Below, in pieces: positions 51,244 through 61,907 of a DNA stretch of 64,000 nucleotides. The stretch is from Bacillota bacterium. GTDB lineage: Bacteria > Bacillota > Sulfobacillia > RBS10-35 > JAJYVN01. The notes below the pieces were generated by a model. It made no database searches and was not told the origin of the DNA. It saw only the letters and a program-made list of their open reading frames with translations. The translations under genes and the position numbers were made by a program. Every line of letters begins with the position of its first letter. Position 1 is the first letter of the stretch. Where the stretch lies: NCBI GenBank assembly GCA_021803205.1, contig JAJZMB010000114.1:6877-70876 (forward strand), given 5' to 3'.

Positions 51244-52078
51244 GGGCACGCCCCTTCCCCGCCGCCGCGGCGCGGGATGCCCGCGGTTGTGGCTGCGGCT
51301 GCAGGAGGTTCTCGAGCATCTCCACCAGGGTGTCCATGTCGATACCCCGGCTGAGTTTGCCGGCGTTGGCCAACGACACGGTCCCCGTTTCCTCGGAGAC
51401 AACCAGGGCCAGAGCGTCACAGTGCTCCGTGATACCGATGGCCGCGCGGTGCCGCCCGCCGACGTCGGGCGCCAGAGGCTGCGCCTCCGCCAGCGGTAGG
51501 AAACACGCTGCGGCGAGCACGCGGTTGCCGCGCACAATCACCGCGCCGTCATGCAGGGGGGTCTTGTCGATAAAGATGTTGATCAGCAACTCTGAAGATA
51601 GCAACCCGTCGATCTGGATGCCGGTCTCGGCGATGTCGTTGAGCCCGGTCTCGCGCTCCAGAACGATCAGGGCGCCGATGCGGTTGCGCGAGAGCACCAC
51701 GGCCGCCTTGCGGAGTTCAGCGACGACCGCGGAGACGCCCTCCGGACCGGAATCGGGCAGGGCACGCACAAAGAACCCCCCGCGACCCACCTGTTCCAGG
51801 GCCCGCCGCAACTCGGGCTGGAAGACGATGGGCAACGCCACCAACAGGGCGACCTCGGCCCGCTGCAGCAGCCAGGACGTCGCACTCAGGTGCAGCCGCG
51901 TGGCGGCGAACGCGGCCGCGAAAAGCAGCACGAGACCGTTCAGCAGCGCCACGGCGCGCGTGCCGCGGATGAAGGTCAGGATGCGGTAAATCACATAGGC
52001 TACGATCAGGATATCGAGCCCGACGGTCCCGACCCGGAGCAGGTCGCCGGGCGAGAGGAACGAGAGGAGATACCGCAC
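51236..52078 (-). CDS. cdaA: Diadenylate cyclase CdaA/DacA
   Basis: Three TM, IVFQPELRRALE, TPLHDGA, GGRHRAA, VVSEETG. Confidence 0.95.
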   Translation of the reverse strand: MRYLLSFLSPGDLLRVGTVGLDILIVAYVIYRILTFIRGTRAVALLNGLVLLFAAAFAATRLHLSATSWLLQRAEVALLVALPIVFQPELRRALEQVGRGGFFVRALPDSGPEGVSAVVAELRKAAVVLSRNRIGALIVLERETGLNDIAETGIQIDGLLSSELLINIFIDKTPLHDGAVIVRGNRVLAAACFLPLAEAQPLAPDVGGRHRAAIGITEHCDALALVVSEETGTVSLANAGKLSRGIDMDTLVEMLENLLQPQPQPRASRAAAAGKGRARG

Positions 52079-52651
52079 CACGACTCCTCCGTGTTGCCTT
52101 CCCGGGGACGTCCGGACCTCCGCGCGACCCCGGCCGGCCTCGTTCGGCACCACGGAGGGCACGCCGACCGGGCACCAAGCCGCCACTGTGCGGGAAGGGA
52201 ACATTGCGCCGGAGACTTTCGCCTCGCTTAGCCGGGAGGCCGCTGCCACAGGTCCGCGCCGGATCTGTCGGACCCCGTGTACCCGGGTGACGGCGGCAAG
52301 AGTTCTCTCGTGCGATGCCGCGGCTTCCATGCCCCTTGGGTATTCAGGCCCTTCGGCCCGGGTCCGGAGAAGACCGAAGTTTGCACGCCCGTCTCAAAGT
52401 CTTCGATCCGTGACGGATGGTCCCTGGCGAGTCCGGACCGGCGTTTTTTCCGGGGCCCCGGGTAGTCCGGCCAGACCCTTCCCGCTGCCCGGCCGCTGCC
52501 GCGCACGGACCGTGGCACAACCGGAGCGCCGGCGGCCCGCAGGGCGACGCCGCAATACCCGCTTCCGGCGCTGCCCCCATCACCGGAGGCGCGGAAGGAC
52601 AAGCAGCCGGAGCCTGGGGGAACTGCGCCGGCGCAGCACCGCAGCCCCCTC

Positions 52652-53287
52652 CTAAGGACCGGGGGTGACAGGAATCTCTGCTCGCACGTAATAGGCCATC
52701 GCCTCAAGTTCCATGGCCAAGTCCACGTTGTGCAGCCGCACTCGCTCCGGCACGGTCAGGCGGACGGGGGCAAAATTCAGGACCACATCGCAGCCCGCCG
52801 CTGCCAGTTGATCGACCACTGATTGGGCCGCAACCACCGGTACGGTGATGATCGCCATGCGCACCCCCAGCGCGGCGATCACCGTCGGCAGTTCGTCCAT
52901 CGTGTGCACCACTGCCCCGCCTACGCGCTGGCCCACCTTCGACGGATCGACGTCGAAGGCGACCACGATCCGAGGCTGCTGGTGCCGACTCTGATTGTAC
53001 CGCGCCAGGGCCGTTCCCAGGTGCCCCGCGCCGACCAGGGCCACGGGGATCTGCTGGTCGAGACCGAGCACGGCGCGGATGGATGCGGCCAGGGTGTCCA
53101 AACGATAGCCGACGCCGCGCGTGCCGAAGCCTCCGAGCATAGCCAGGTCCTTGCGGATCTGCTCCGAGGTGAGGCCGGTGTGCAACGCGAGTTCGGCCGA
53201 GGAGACGATTTCCTGCCCGGATGCCTGCATCTCGCCGAGGGCGCGCAAATACACCGGCAGGCGCTTGACCGCTACATCCGGCAGCAA
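52652..53287 (-). CDS. rex: Redox-sensing transcriptional repressor Rex
   Basis: KRLPVY, SSAELA, QIRKDL, FGTRGVGY, VGAGHLG, LNFAP; TTG start inferred. Confidence 0.93.
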   Translation of the reverse strand: MLPDVAVKRLPVYLRALGEMQASGQEIVSSAELALHTGLTSEQIRKDLAMLGGFGTRGVGYRLDTLAASIRAVLGLDQQIPVALVGAGHLGTALARYNQSRHQQPRIVVAFDVDPSKVGQRVGGAVVHTMDELPTVIAALGVRMAIITVPVVAAQSVVDQLAAAGCDVVLNFAPVRLTVPERVRLHNVDLAMELEAMAYYVRAEIPVTPGP

Positions 53288-53771
53288 CCGCGTGGTATTC
53301 CCTCCCCGCCTGTGGCTCAGTCGGCGCACCCGTCCCGGCACAGACGTCGTCCCTCTCTTGCCGTTGGCCACCGCAAACGTCCACCTTTGCACGGCCACGG
53401 CTTTTGGGTGGCCCTCCAGATCCAGGATTGTCGGACCCGCTCGACACGGGAACCGGCCGTTGCGAAAGTCCGCTTTCACCGGGCCATTGTCTCCATGCCC
53501 TTTCGGTCCCACGGCCTCCGGGCTACTGTCCGGCGCGGCAATCGCCCTTCGGGGCGCTGTTCCGGTCTCCGGCACTCCTTCAGGCCCCCACAAGAGCCGT
53601 CATCCGGTTGGTCCGGTGCAGCGAAACAGCGGCTTAAACTCCAACCCGCCTCTGCGCGGCCCGTGTGATGGGCGCCAAGGACCCGGAGCGACCTCGGCAC
53701 CAGACTCCTTGCATCGGACCAAACACCGCGGCTTGTGGGGTGCGGCGAAAGTCTTCCGTCGTCGCACCCTC

Positions 53772-54773
53772 CTACGACACCCGATGCGTCAGTTCGTCCG
53801 CCAATCCGAACAGCGCCTGACGCTGCGGGGAATCCGGCAGGACGCGGAGCGCCCCCTGCGCGCGCCGCGCCATGGAAACCGCGTGCGCCGCCGCTTCTTC
53901 CAGCGCGCCGCTGTCGCGCAGCAACCCAACGACCGCCGCCACGGCGGCGTCGCTGAGCGGCCGGCCGGACAGGATCCGGCGGATCTCCGACCCGTGTGCG
54001 CCGCTCATGGCGCGCAGGACGGGAAGAGTGAAGACTCCCGCGCGGAGATCCGATCCGGTGGGTTTGCCGAGCACCATCTCACTCGCCGTAAGGTCGAGCA
54101 GATCATCCACAACCTGGAAACAATCCCCCACCTCTCGGCCATAGGTGGCCAGTGCCTCCTCCGCCTCCGGCGCCGCGCGGGCGATGACCGCACCCATGCG
54201 ACAGCACTCCGCGATGAAAAAGCCCGTCTTAGCGTGCACCCGGCGGAAATAGGCTTCCGCGCTGGCATCCAGATCCCATTGCGCCTGGATTTCCTCTATC
54301 TCGCCGGCGCAGGTGCGCGAAACCACCTCGGACATGAGCCGGACGATCGTCGGGTCGCCAAAGGCCGCCAGGGTGGAAAACCCCTTGGCGAACAGATGGT
54401 CCCCGATCAGCACGGACATGGGCACGCCCCACTTGACGTGAACGGTGGGCAGACCCCGGCGCCGGTCGGATTCGTCGATGAGGTCGTCGTGCACCAGGGT
54501 GGCCATGTGGATGATCTCACAGGCAGCCGCCACCGGTACCAGCCGCTCCGCCTCCGCCCCCGCCACCATGCCAGACAGAAGAACCAGCGCGGGACGCAGC
54601 CGCTTGCCACCGCCAAGCAAATGGGTCCCGAGCTCTCCTACCAGCGTGCTCTCATGCCCGAGTTGCCGCGCGATCCACTCGTCCACTGCGCCCAGAGCCG
54701 AGCGCACCGAGCCGAACATGTCCGATACCTGCCGGCCGGCGGAAACCGCGGCGGTCGCCACTCTACTTGGCAA
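53772..54773 (-). CDS. Polyprenyl diphosphate synthase (HepT/IspB-like)
   Basis: GGKRLRP, LVHDDLID...RRG, FQVVDDLLD, GKP.GSDL; start uncertain. Confidence 0.9.
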   Translation of the reverse strand: MPSRVATAAVSAGRQVSDMFGSVRSALGAVDEWIARQLGHESTLVGELGTHLLGGGKRLRPALVLLSGMVAGAEAERLVPVAAACEIIHMATLVHDDLIDESDRRRGLPTVHVKWGVPMSVLIGDHLFAKGFSTLAAFGDPTIVRLMSEVVSRTCAGEIEEIQAQWDLDASAEAYFRRVHAKTGFFIAECCRMGAVIARAAPEAEEALATYGREVGDCFQVVDDLLDLTASEMVLGKPTGSDLRAGVFTLPVLRAMSGAHGSEIRRILSGRPLSDAAVAAVVGLLRDSGALEEAAAHAVSMARRAQGALRVLPDSPQRQALFGLADELTHRVS

Positions 54774-54981
54774 CGGCTCGCCTTCCTTTCGGTTGGCCGA
54801 GTGGGCAGGCTGCACCCGTAGGACAAGCCCTTCCGGATACTCGGCCGCCCGACCCGGGACACTCGGCCCTTCATGGCACCCGGCCCGGGTCGATGCCCAA
54901 GGGGCATCGCGAGACCGGCATCTTGCCCAGTCTCTCTCAGCGCGCGGAACAATGCAACGAGAGCGGGCACACTGCAGCGCC

Positions 54982-55965
54982 CTATTGGCCTTCCCCGGCC
55001 CGAGGTCCTGTGTCACCGGCGGCCTGCTCCACCAAGCGCGCCAGCGCCCGCAACCGATGCTGCACACAGGATTTCCCGAGCGGTGGGTGGAGGAGTTGGC
55101 CGAGCTCGCGCAGGCTGACCTCCGGATGGTGCAGCCTGGCCAAAGCGACGGTCCGCAGGTTCTCCGGGAGCGCGGCCAGGCGCCCCGACGCCTGCAGTAC
55201 CGCGATGGCCCGCGCCTGCTCCGCGCCGGCAGCAGCACTCTTGCCGAGGTTGGCGGTCTCGGCGTTGACCAGCCGGTTGACGTCGCTGCGCACCTGGCGC
55301 CGGATGCGCTGCTCTTCATAGGCCATGAGCGCCGAACCGGCGCCAAGCACTGCGATCAAGGCGGCGATGGCACCGCCGTCCTTGAGGTAGACGACGATCC
55401 GTCCCCGCCGCGGGGCGGAGCGCCCGCGGACACCGCAGACCGAGAGCGCCGCCAGGAGCCCCTCGGCCACAAGCGGGGCATCCCCGTCCACCTCCAATTC
55501 CAGGTGGTGGTCGCGCGCCGGATCGTCCACTGACCCCGATCCTAGAAAAAAGCCCCGCACAAGCGCGGGGGCGAGCCGCGCCGCGCGGATGGCGGCTGGG
55601 ATGCGCGGGCGCGGCCGACCGAAGGTGTCGATCAATCCCACCGTGGTCAGGACGCCGCGAGCATCGCCCGCCCGGCAGATGAACCTGCCGTTCGCAGCCC
55701 CGACGCTCCGCCGGACCAACAGGAGCGGCCGAACCCCGACCACGTCGCGGAACAAACGGTAGGCGCGGCGGGCGACCACGGCCCGCGAACAGCGCACTTC
55801 GACCGCCCACACCCCACGCCCGCCGCCGGGCCTCAGCAGCAGCGAGCCGGCTGCTCGGATCAGGCCGTGCAGTTCGGCCCGCGCCGCCGCTCCGGAGATC
55901 GGGAGCGCGCAGAGTTCGTCCTTGACCGCGAGCGCAAAGGTCGACGCCGGCAACCGGGCGCGCAT
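54982..55965 (-). CDS. whiA: DNA-binding protein WhiA
   Basis: FA..VKDEL, RGFFLGSGSV.DP, VYLK, VNRLVNAETANL, SLRELG. Confidence 0.93.
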   Translation of the reverse strand: MRARLPASTFALAVKDELCALPISGAAARAELHGLIRAAGSLLLRPGGGRGVWAVEVRCSRAVVARRAYRLFRDVVGVRPLLLVRRSVGAANGRFICRAGDARGVLTTVGLIDTFGRPRPRIPAAIRAARLAPALVRGFFLGSGSVDDPARDHHLELEVDGDAPLVAEGLLAALSVCGVRGRSAPRRGRIVVYLKDGGAIAALIAVLGAGSALMAYEEQRIRRQVRSDVNRLVNAETANLGKSAAAGAEQARAIAVLQASGRLAALPENLRTVALARLHHPEVSLRELGQLLHPPLGKSCVQHRLRALARLVEQAAGDTGPRAGEGQ

Positions 55966-56093
55966 GGGTCCGCCCTTCTCCCTCCACACGCGTTTCGCTG
56001 TAGTCACACCACGCCACCGGCAGGGGCCGCCTGCATCGGGGCTGCGCACACGCCGCGCGGGCGCATGGGCTCCGCCCACCTGCAGAACCTTCT

Positions 56094-57449
56094 CTACAGC
56101 CGCGAGCGCCGCCCCTGCCGCAGTCGCTCCTGCAGGTAGTAATAGTCCACCAGATAGCGCGCACCGGGCCGGCCCAGACGTTCCAGCGTCTCCTCCAGGA
56201 TCACGGCTGCCAGCCGGTCCGGGTCGTGCCGCACCAAGCCTTCTGGGCTCGCGACGTCCCTGGCGACGACATGCACCCCCAAGCCCACGCAGCGCTCCAC
56301 GTCGGCCGGAACCGGCTGCGCTCCCTGTTCGCGATAGGGCGCCAGACGCTCCTCTGGTAGACGGCCGTTATGAACCAGGACGATATCCACGCCGGGCCGT
56401 CCGACATGGGCCTGAAGCGCGGCCAAATGATCGGAGGCGGCATAGCCGTCGGTCTCACCGGGCTGGGTCATGACGTTGACCACGAAGACGCGCAGCGCGC
56501 GGCTGCAGCTCAGCGCAGCCCCGATCTCTGGCAGCAGCAGGTTGGGCAGGATACTGGTGTAGAGGCTCCCCGGCCCGATCACGATGACGTCGGCCTCGGC
56601 GATGGCCTCCACGGCGCTGGCCAGGGCGCCCGGCGCCGGCGGATCGAGGCGCAGCCGGCGGATCTTGCGCCCCGCGGCCGCGATCGCCGTCTCGCCGCGC
56701 ACAACGCCGCCGTCCTCCATTTCCGCGACAAGCGTGACCTCCTCTACCGTCGAGGGCAGCACGCGCCCGCGCACGGCCAGCACGCGACTGATGGCCTCGA
56801 TCGCCCGCACGAAGTCCCCGGTGACCTCGGAGAGACCCCCAAGAATGACGTTGCCCACAGTGTGACCCGCAAGGCTGCCGCGCCGGAAGCGGTGGGCGAA
56901 GACCTCCTCCATCAGCGGCTCGGTGTCGGCGAGAGCCAGGATACAGTTGCGAATGTCACCGGGGGGTAGGATACCGAGTTCGCCACGGAGGCGACCGGAA
57001 CTGCCGCCATCGTCGCCGACCGTGACGATGGCGGTGATGTTGCCGGTATAGGCTTTCAGGCCGCGCAGCAGCACCGGCAAGCCCGTCCCGCCGCCGATGG
57101 CCACCAGGCGCGGCCCCCGGCTGCTCTGGCGCCGCCAGAAGAGCGCCTCGCCCAACCCCTCGGCCGCCGACGGAGCCAGCACCTCCACCACCGAAAGGAC
57201 AGCACCGCGCAGGGAGACGGCGCCAAAGACGCACCCGAGCGTGATGAACCCGGCCGCCAGCACCCAGCGGGGCAGGTCGGCGCCGCTCTTGGCGCGGAGG
57301 GCGTGCGTAATCGCCGCGGCGATGGCCGGGGCCGTTCCCGGCGTGAAGCTGAAGGCCACGCCAAAAGCCAGAAAGGCCGTGGCCAGGGCGAACAGAACCA
57401 GCCAGCGCTTGATGCGAAGGCCGGGGTACAGCCAGCGGAGAAGACGCAA
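56094..57449 (-). CDS. yvcK: YvcK/GlmR (CofD-like) protein with N-terminal TM extension
   Basis: WLYPG.RIKRW, IGGGTGL, DDGGSSGRLR, PPGDIRNC, GPGSLYTS, RHDP. Confidence 0.92.
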   Translation of the reverse strand: MRLLRWLYPGLRIKRWLVLFALATAFLAFGVAFSFTPGTAPAIAAAITHALRAKSGADLPRWVLAAGFITLGCVFGAVSLRGAVLSVVEVLAPSAAEGLGEALFWRRQSSRGPRLVAIGGGTGLPVLLRGLKAYTGNITAIVTVGDDGGSSGRLRGELGILPPGDIRNCILALADTEPLMEEVFAHRFRRGSLAGHTVGNVILGGLSEVTGDFVRAIEAISRVLAVRGRVLPSTVEEVTLVAEMEDGGVVRGETAIAAAGRKIRRLRLDPPAPGALASAVEAIAEADVIVIGPGSLYTSILPNLLLPEIGAALSCSRALRVFVVNVMTQPGETDGYAASDHLAALQAHVGRPGVDIVLVHNGRLPEERLAPYREQGAQPVPADVERCVGLGVHVVARDVASPEGLVRHDPDRLAAVILEETLERLGRPGARYLVDYYYLQERLRQGRRSRL

Positions 57450-57628
57450 TGGAGGGGGATCACCTCTCGATAGGGTCGGCTCGGCCACCAAGGGACACCG
57501 GGATCCTGCCCCCGCGCAACGCGGTGTGCCGGTCCCAAGGGCCCGGCGCGGAGGTTGCCGGTGCGAAGCCGGAACGGCGGATCGGGACGGCGGGGAGACT
57601 TCAGCCGAGCGGGTGCGGAACGTTGGAG

Positions 57629-58618
57629 TCAACCGGGCGCGCGGGGCAGTTCAGGGGCCAGACCAGGGTCCGGGCCGTGCACCCCGGGGACACCGCGGGT
57701 CTCCGGCGATCCGTGCGGCTCCGCTGGGACCGGCCGGTCGGGTTCGGGATCTCCCGAACCGTCCTGGTCGCAGTCGCGGTGCACAAGAGCCACCCGGCGG
57801 CCCGGACCACGCAGGTGTTCTGCCAGGGCGCGGGCGACGACCACGGAACGGTGCCGGCCGCCGGTGCAACCGATGGCCAGGACCACTTCAGCGCGGCCCT
57901 CCGTCTGGTAGTTGGGGATGAGGAAGTCGAGCAACGCGCCAGCGAGATCGAGAAAGCGTCGCGTGGCCGGCCAGCGCAGCACGTACTTTGCCACGTCCGG
58001 CTCCCGTCCGCTCTTGGCGCGCAATTCGGGCACGTAGTACGGATTGGGCAGGAAGCGCACATCGAGCACCAGGTCCGCGTCCGCCGGCAGGCCGTACTTG
58101 AAGCCGAACGATACCACGGAGATGCGCAGGCGCGCCTGCGCGCCCTCGGCGTACAGACCGCGCAGGCGCGCGCGCAGGTCCGCGCGGGGCAGCCCACCGG
58201 TGTCGATGATCCGGTGGGCCCGGCCACGCAGGGGGCCGAGGCGGAGGCGTTCCTCAGCGATGCCGTCCGCCACGCGACCGTCGGGGGCCATGGGATGGCT
58301 GCGCCGAGACTCCTTGTACCGCCCGATGAGCGTATCGTCGTCCGCCTCCAGGAACAGGATTTCGAACGGGACGCCCTGTGCCTCGATCTCCGCGAGCGCG
58401 GCGGCCGCATCGGCAAAGAACTCTCGCCCCCGGATGTCCACGACCAACGCCGCCCGATCTATGCCGGCGCTCTTGCGGCAGAGTTCGGCAAACGTGGGGA
58501 TGAGAGACGGCGGCAGGTTGTCCACCACGTAGTAGCCGGCATCCTCCAGGACCCGGCTGGCCTCCGTTTTTCCGGCGCCCGAGAGGCCGGTGATGATCAC
58601 AAGCCTCAGGTCGGACAC
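57629..58618 (-). CDS. rapZ: RNase adapter RapZ / YvcJ P-loop protein
   Basis: ITGLSGAGKT, VDNLP, SFGFKYG, DVRFLPNP, GCTGGRHRSV. Confidence 0.95.
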   Translation of the reverse strand: MSDLRLVIITGLSGAGKTEASRVLEDAGYYVVDNLPPSLIPTFAELCRKSAGIDRAALVVDIRGREFFADAAAALAEIEAQGVPFEILFLEADDDTLIGRYKESRRSHPMAPDGRVADGIAEERLRLGPLRGRAHRIIDTGGLPRADLRARLRGLYAEGAQARLRISVVSFGFKYGLPADADLVLDVRFLPNPYYVPELRAKSGREPDVAKYVLRWPATRRFLDLAGALLDFLIPNYQTEGRAEVVLAIGCTGGRHRSVVVARALAEHLRGPGRRVALVHRDCDQDGSGDPEPDRPVPAEPHGSPETRGVPGVHGPDPGLAPELPRAPG

Positions 58619-58907
58619 GGGGGACGCCTCCCTTCCGGGAAACGGCGGTGGAATCGTCCGGCGGAACATAGGATTCTCGCAGCGCCGCCGGAGGCCTGCG
58701 CCCCGCGGGCGGCGGGAGCAGGACGGGCGCGATGCCCCAAGGCCCGAGGCGGGACGATAGGCGCGAGCGCCGGCAGGGACAGCGGCAACTACCACCCGCG
58801 GCAGGCGCGCGCGGCGGGGAGGGGGTGCCGGTGCGGGGCGTTCGAGCCCTTGCTCCCAGGCAACCGGTGGCCGATGATGAGCCCGACGGAGGCGCGCCCC
58901 GCCAGGG

Positions 58908-59984
58908 ATGCCGCAGATCGAGAACGCACCACGCCTGCGCATGGAGGTGGAGCGGCTGGCGATCGCCGTGTCTCCAGGTATGCGCAGCCCCACCGCCCTT
59001 GTCGCGTTGCCGGTTTCCGTGCGCGCACGGCTCCTGCGCCTGGTGGAGAAACACGGCCCGGGCGGAACTCCGTCCCGACGCGCGCTGGCGATCATCCTGG
59101 GGGGATGCAGTCCACGCGTACGCCGTCAGGCCATGTCCTGGCTTCTGCAGGGCCACGTCGCATTCCCGGTGCCCCTTGATCTGCGGCTGCAGGGCGGGCG
59201 CCCGGGACGAACGCCGGGATGGATTCCCCTCCGGTCCGAGCCTGAAAGTCCATGGTTCATCGATTACCTGCTGCCGGAACAGATCGACCGCCTCTGTTCG
59301 GGCCGCCACTGCCGGCGCCTGCCCGACGGCAGCGTGGTCCTCTCGGGAGCCCGCGGTTGGCGATTGAATCGTACCGACCTCCGCCGGTACCTCCTGATGC
59401 GGGACGGCAGCACCTGTGCATTGTGCGGGCGCGTCATCTGCCGCCAGCCCACCGTGGAACACTTGATCCCGCGCGCGCTCGCGCCCCTGTGGTCGGAGCG
59501 CGACCCGCTGCCTGCCGCGCATCGCCTGTGGGCGATGGCCCCCGCCCACAGGCGATGCAACGAGGCACGGGGGTGCGCCCCGCACTTGCCCGAATGCTCG
59601 GCCAATCCCCAGGTACGGCTCAGTCGCTGGGCCCTCTCTCGCCTCTTGCCGGGAAGCGTCTCCTCAGTACAGGAGGTGTCCGGCTTCGTCCAACTGGCGC
59701 ACCTGCTCACCCCGGATCAACGCAGACCGGCCTGGCGCTATCTCCGTCGCCTCTGGGTCGAGCGGCCGGCGGCCCTGGCCCACATTTACCGCAATCGCAT
59801 CCTTGCATATCGAGGCGGGCGCGTGCTCGCGCTTCCCGCCGCCCTCGGCACGCCCGAGGCGGTCGCCTGGCTGCGCGCGCAGTTGCGCGCGGGCCGCGCG
59901 CCCGTCCCGCAGAGCGTTGTGGCGCTGGGACGGTGGCCCGCGCAGCACTGGCGCCTGGCCTGCACCCGGCTGCACTTCCTATAG
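58908..59984 (+). CDS. HNH-endonuclease-domain protein with uncharacterised N- and C-terminal regions
   Basis: RRYLLMRDGSTCALCG...TVEHLIPR...AHRRCNEARG. Confidence 0.7.
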   Translation: MPQIENAPRLRMEVERLAIAVSPGMRSPTALVALPVSVRARLLRLVEKHGPGGTPSRRALAIILGGCSPRVRRQAMSWLLQGHVAFPVPLDLRLQGGRPGRTPGWIPLRSEPESPWFIDYLLPEQIDRLCSGRHCRRLPDGSVVLSGARGWRLNRTDLRRYLLMRDGSTCALCGRVICRQPTVEHLIPRALAPLWSERDPLPAAHRLWAMAPAHRRCNEARGCAPHLPECSANPQVRLSRWALSRLLPGSVSSVQEVSGFVQLAHLLTPDQRRPAWRYLRRLWVERPAALAHIYRNRILAYRGGRVLALPAALGTPEAVAWLRAQLRAGRAPVPQSVVALGRWPAQHWRLACTRLHFL

Positions 59985-60088
59985 ACGACGCGCCGGCACC
60001 GCCAACGGAAGCCGGAGGGCGCTGCCTCCAGCCGGGGCGGCTTGCCGCCGGCCGCCCGCATCGCTACGCTACGGCAGGGGTGTGAGCC

Positions 60089-60535
60089 GTGGCCGACCCG
60101 CGCGTGGGACTCGGCGGTATCTCAGCCGGGATCGGGTTCCTGGTCGCCCTCTTCCTCGGCATGATCGGCGGCCACTGGTGGGTACTGCCCCTGCCCATGG
60201 CCGCGGTCTCGCTGATGCTCGTGTTCAACCTGCGCGGTGGTCCACTGCGCCAACCCTTGATGATCGTTCAGGCGGTCTTCCTGGGGCTCGTCTCGCTCCC
60301 GCTGATGCTCAACGGCTCCGGCGTGGTCACGCTCATCGGCTGCCTGGCGGCCGTCGCGGCAATCTTCTACAAAGAGCCGACTCCAGACGCGCCCATGCCC
60401 GCCTGGCTGGAGACCAGGCGCGTGCGACGGCGGCGGATGCGCCGCGTGCGACCCCGGACCTCGGCGTCCGCCGCCGCACCGGGACCCGAGCCGGCAAGCG
60501 GAGCGGCGGTGGATGGGACGGAGGTCCGGGAGTGA
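60089..60535 (+). CDS. Hypothetical 4-TM membrane protein
   Basis: Four hydrophobic segments and a basic tail; GTG start. Confidence 0.65.
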   Translation: MADPRVGLGGISAGIGFLVALFLGMIGGHWWVLPLPMAAVSLMLVFNLRGGPLRQPLMIVQAVFLGLVSLPLMLNGSGVVTLIGCLAAVAAIFYKEPTPDAPMPAWLETRRVRRRRMRRVRPRTSASAAAPGPEPASGAAVDGTEVRE

Positions 60536-60631
60536 AGCCGGGCAGCGCAAACGCCCCACAAGGCCGACAGGGAGAGGGCCGCGGCGGGGATCAGCGGTCC
60601 GGCGCGCGGCAGACCGCGGGTGGCGCCACCC

Positions 60632-61309
60632 TCAGAGGACGAGCCAGCGCAATTGGTCGCGATGCTCGCGGGGAACCCATCCGGTACGCAGCAGTTGGCG
60701 GTCGTCGTCCCATTCCGCGATCGACTCGTGCAGCTCTGGATCGAATCGGCCGCCGCTCATCGCACGCAACTCCGCATCGAAATCGCGGCAGAGCCGTGCG
60801 ACCTCCTCCTGCTCCCGCCTGAGGCGCTCGATCTCCTGGAGATGCCGCCCATGCACCTCAGCGACGACCCGCGGCTCGGAAGACCGGATCACATATGCAA
60901 GCGGGGTCAGGCGCAGGCAGCGGCCCTCGCTCCACAGCGCCATCTCTTCAGGTGGCGCGAGCCGCACGTCCCCGACGAAAAGCAGGATCCGCTCGGATTT
61001 CGGGAGGAAGCGAAAGGTCACATGCCCGGAGAGCACGGAATCCGCGGTCGGGACCTGGGGCAGGAAGGGTATTTCCTCCATGTCGACCTGCGGCGGTCGC
61101 TGCGCTCCGTGATGGACCCGCCACACCGCGATGCCTTCCAGAACCGCGATCTCCAAGAGGTTGAGCTGATACTCAGCCCGTGCACGTTCCAGCGCGCTCC
61201 CGCACAACATGCCCCGCTCCTCCGCCTCCCGGGCGCGTCCGGCCAGGCCATCAGCGTCCACGTAGACGCGGGGTACTGGCGACACGAGTCGCTTGATGCG
61301 GATTAGCAT
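60632..61309 (-). CDS. Hypothetical protein
   Basis: AGGAGG RBS, protein-like composition, C-terminal coiled-coil-like stretch; no family recognised. Confidence 0.65.
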   Translation of the reverse strand: MLIRIKRLVSPVPRVYVDADGLAGRAREAEERGMLCGSALERARAEYQLNLLEIAVLEGIAVWRVHHGAQRPPQVDMEEIPFLPQVPTADSVLSGHVTFRFLPKSERILLFVGDVRLAPPEEMALWSEGRCLRLTPLAYVIRSSEPRVVAEVHGRHLQEIERLRREQEEVARLCRDFDAELRAMSGGRFDPELHESIAEWDDDRQLLRTGWVPREHRDQLRWLVL

Positions 61310-61907
61310 CCTGCGTGCCTCCTGCACGTGGGCCTGAAACGGTCACCGCTTCTTGGCGCGATATCGCCAAACTCCTTCAAGTGCGGAACTTCGGCTAACA
61401 GTCTACACGCCCTGGCGCCCGAGTGCTTGGCGCCGGAAAAGGCAGCGACGCCACGTTACCGCGTCCTCCGCGCTGGCGCCGCAGCGTCCCCGCGGGCCGG
61501 GCCGGGAGCACAAGACGACGCCCAACACCTCCCGACACGATCTCCCCCCGAGTGCTCACCCCAAGGGGTGGCAACAATTCGTGGTACTCGACAGGCCGCC
61601 GGGGTCGGACTCCGCCCATGGGCTCTGAGCAGCAGACGTTCAACGACCTCAGCTTCACCGGCCGCCAGTACCCGCCCCCGTTCACCACCCCACCAGCTTT
61701 TCATGCCTCGTGGCGCAGGCCACGCCGGCATGGAGGACTCCCCCGTATTCGCCGCCGGCGTCGTCTGGGCGCATGCCTGCGGTACCGGTACGCCGCCAAG
61801 GTGCAGGCGGTACACAGGCGCCGTGGCCGGGAGGCGACCAGCCCAGCTGGCTGTCGGGCCAGGAGAGAGCCACGCCACAACATGGCTCCCTCCCGGCCCG
61901 CCGCGCA

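Noticed and set aside
52090-52650. Possible c-di-AMP (ydaO) riboswitch upstream of cdaA
   Set aside because: The conserved ydaO sequence blocks could not be found in the right order.
58908-59984. HNH protein as IscB/Cas9-like
   Set aside because: No RuvC-I/II/III motifs or PLMP N-terminus, and no evident array or omega-RNA.
61395-61883. Minus-strand ORF pair joined by an in-frame TGA at 61701-61703 as another selenoprotein
   Set aside because: The translation is Arg-rich and not protein-like, there is no Cys-homologue context, and no clear hairpin follows at the selD-like spacing.
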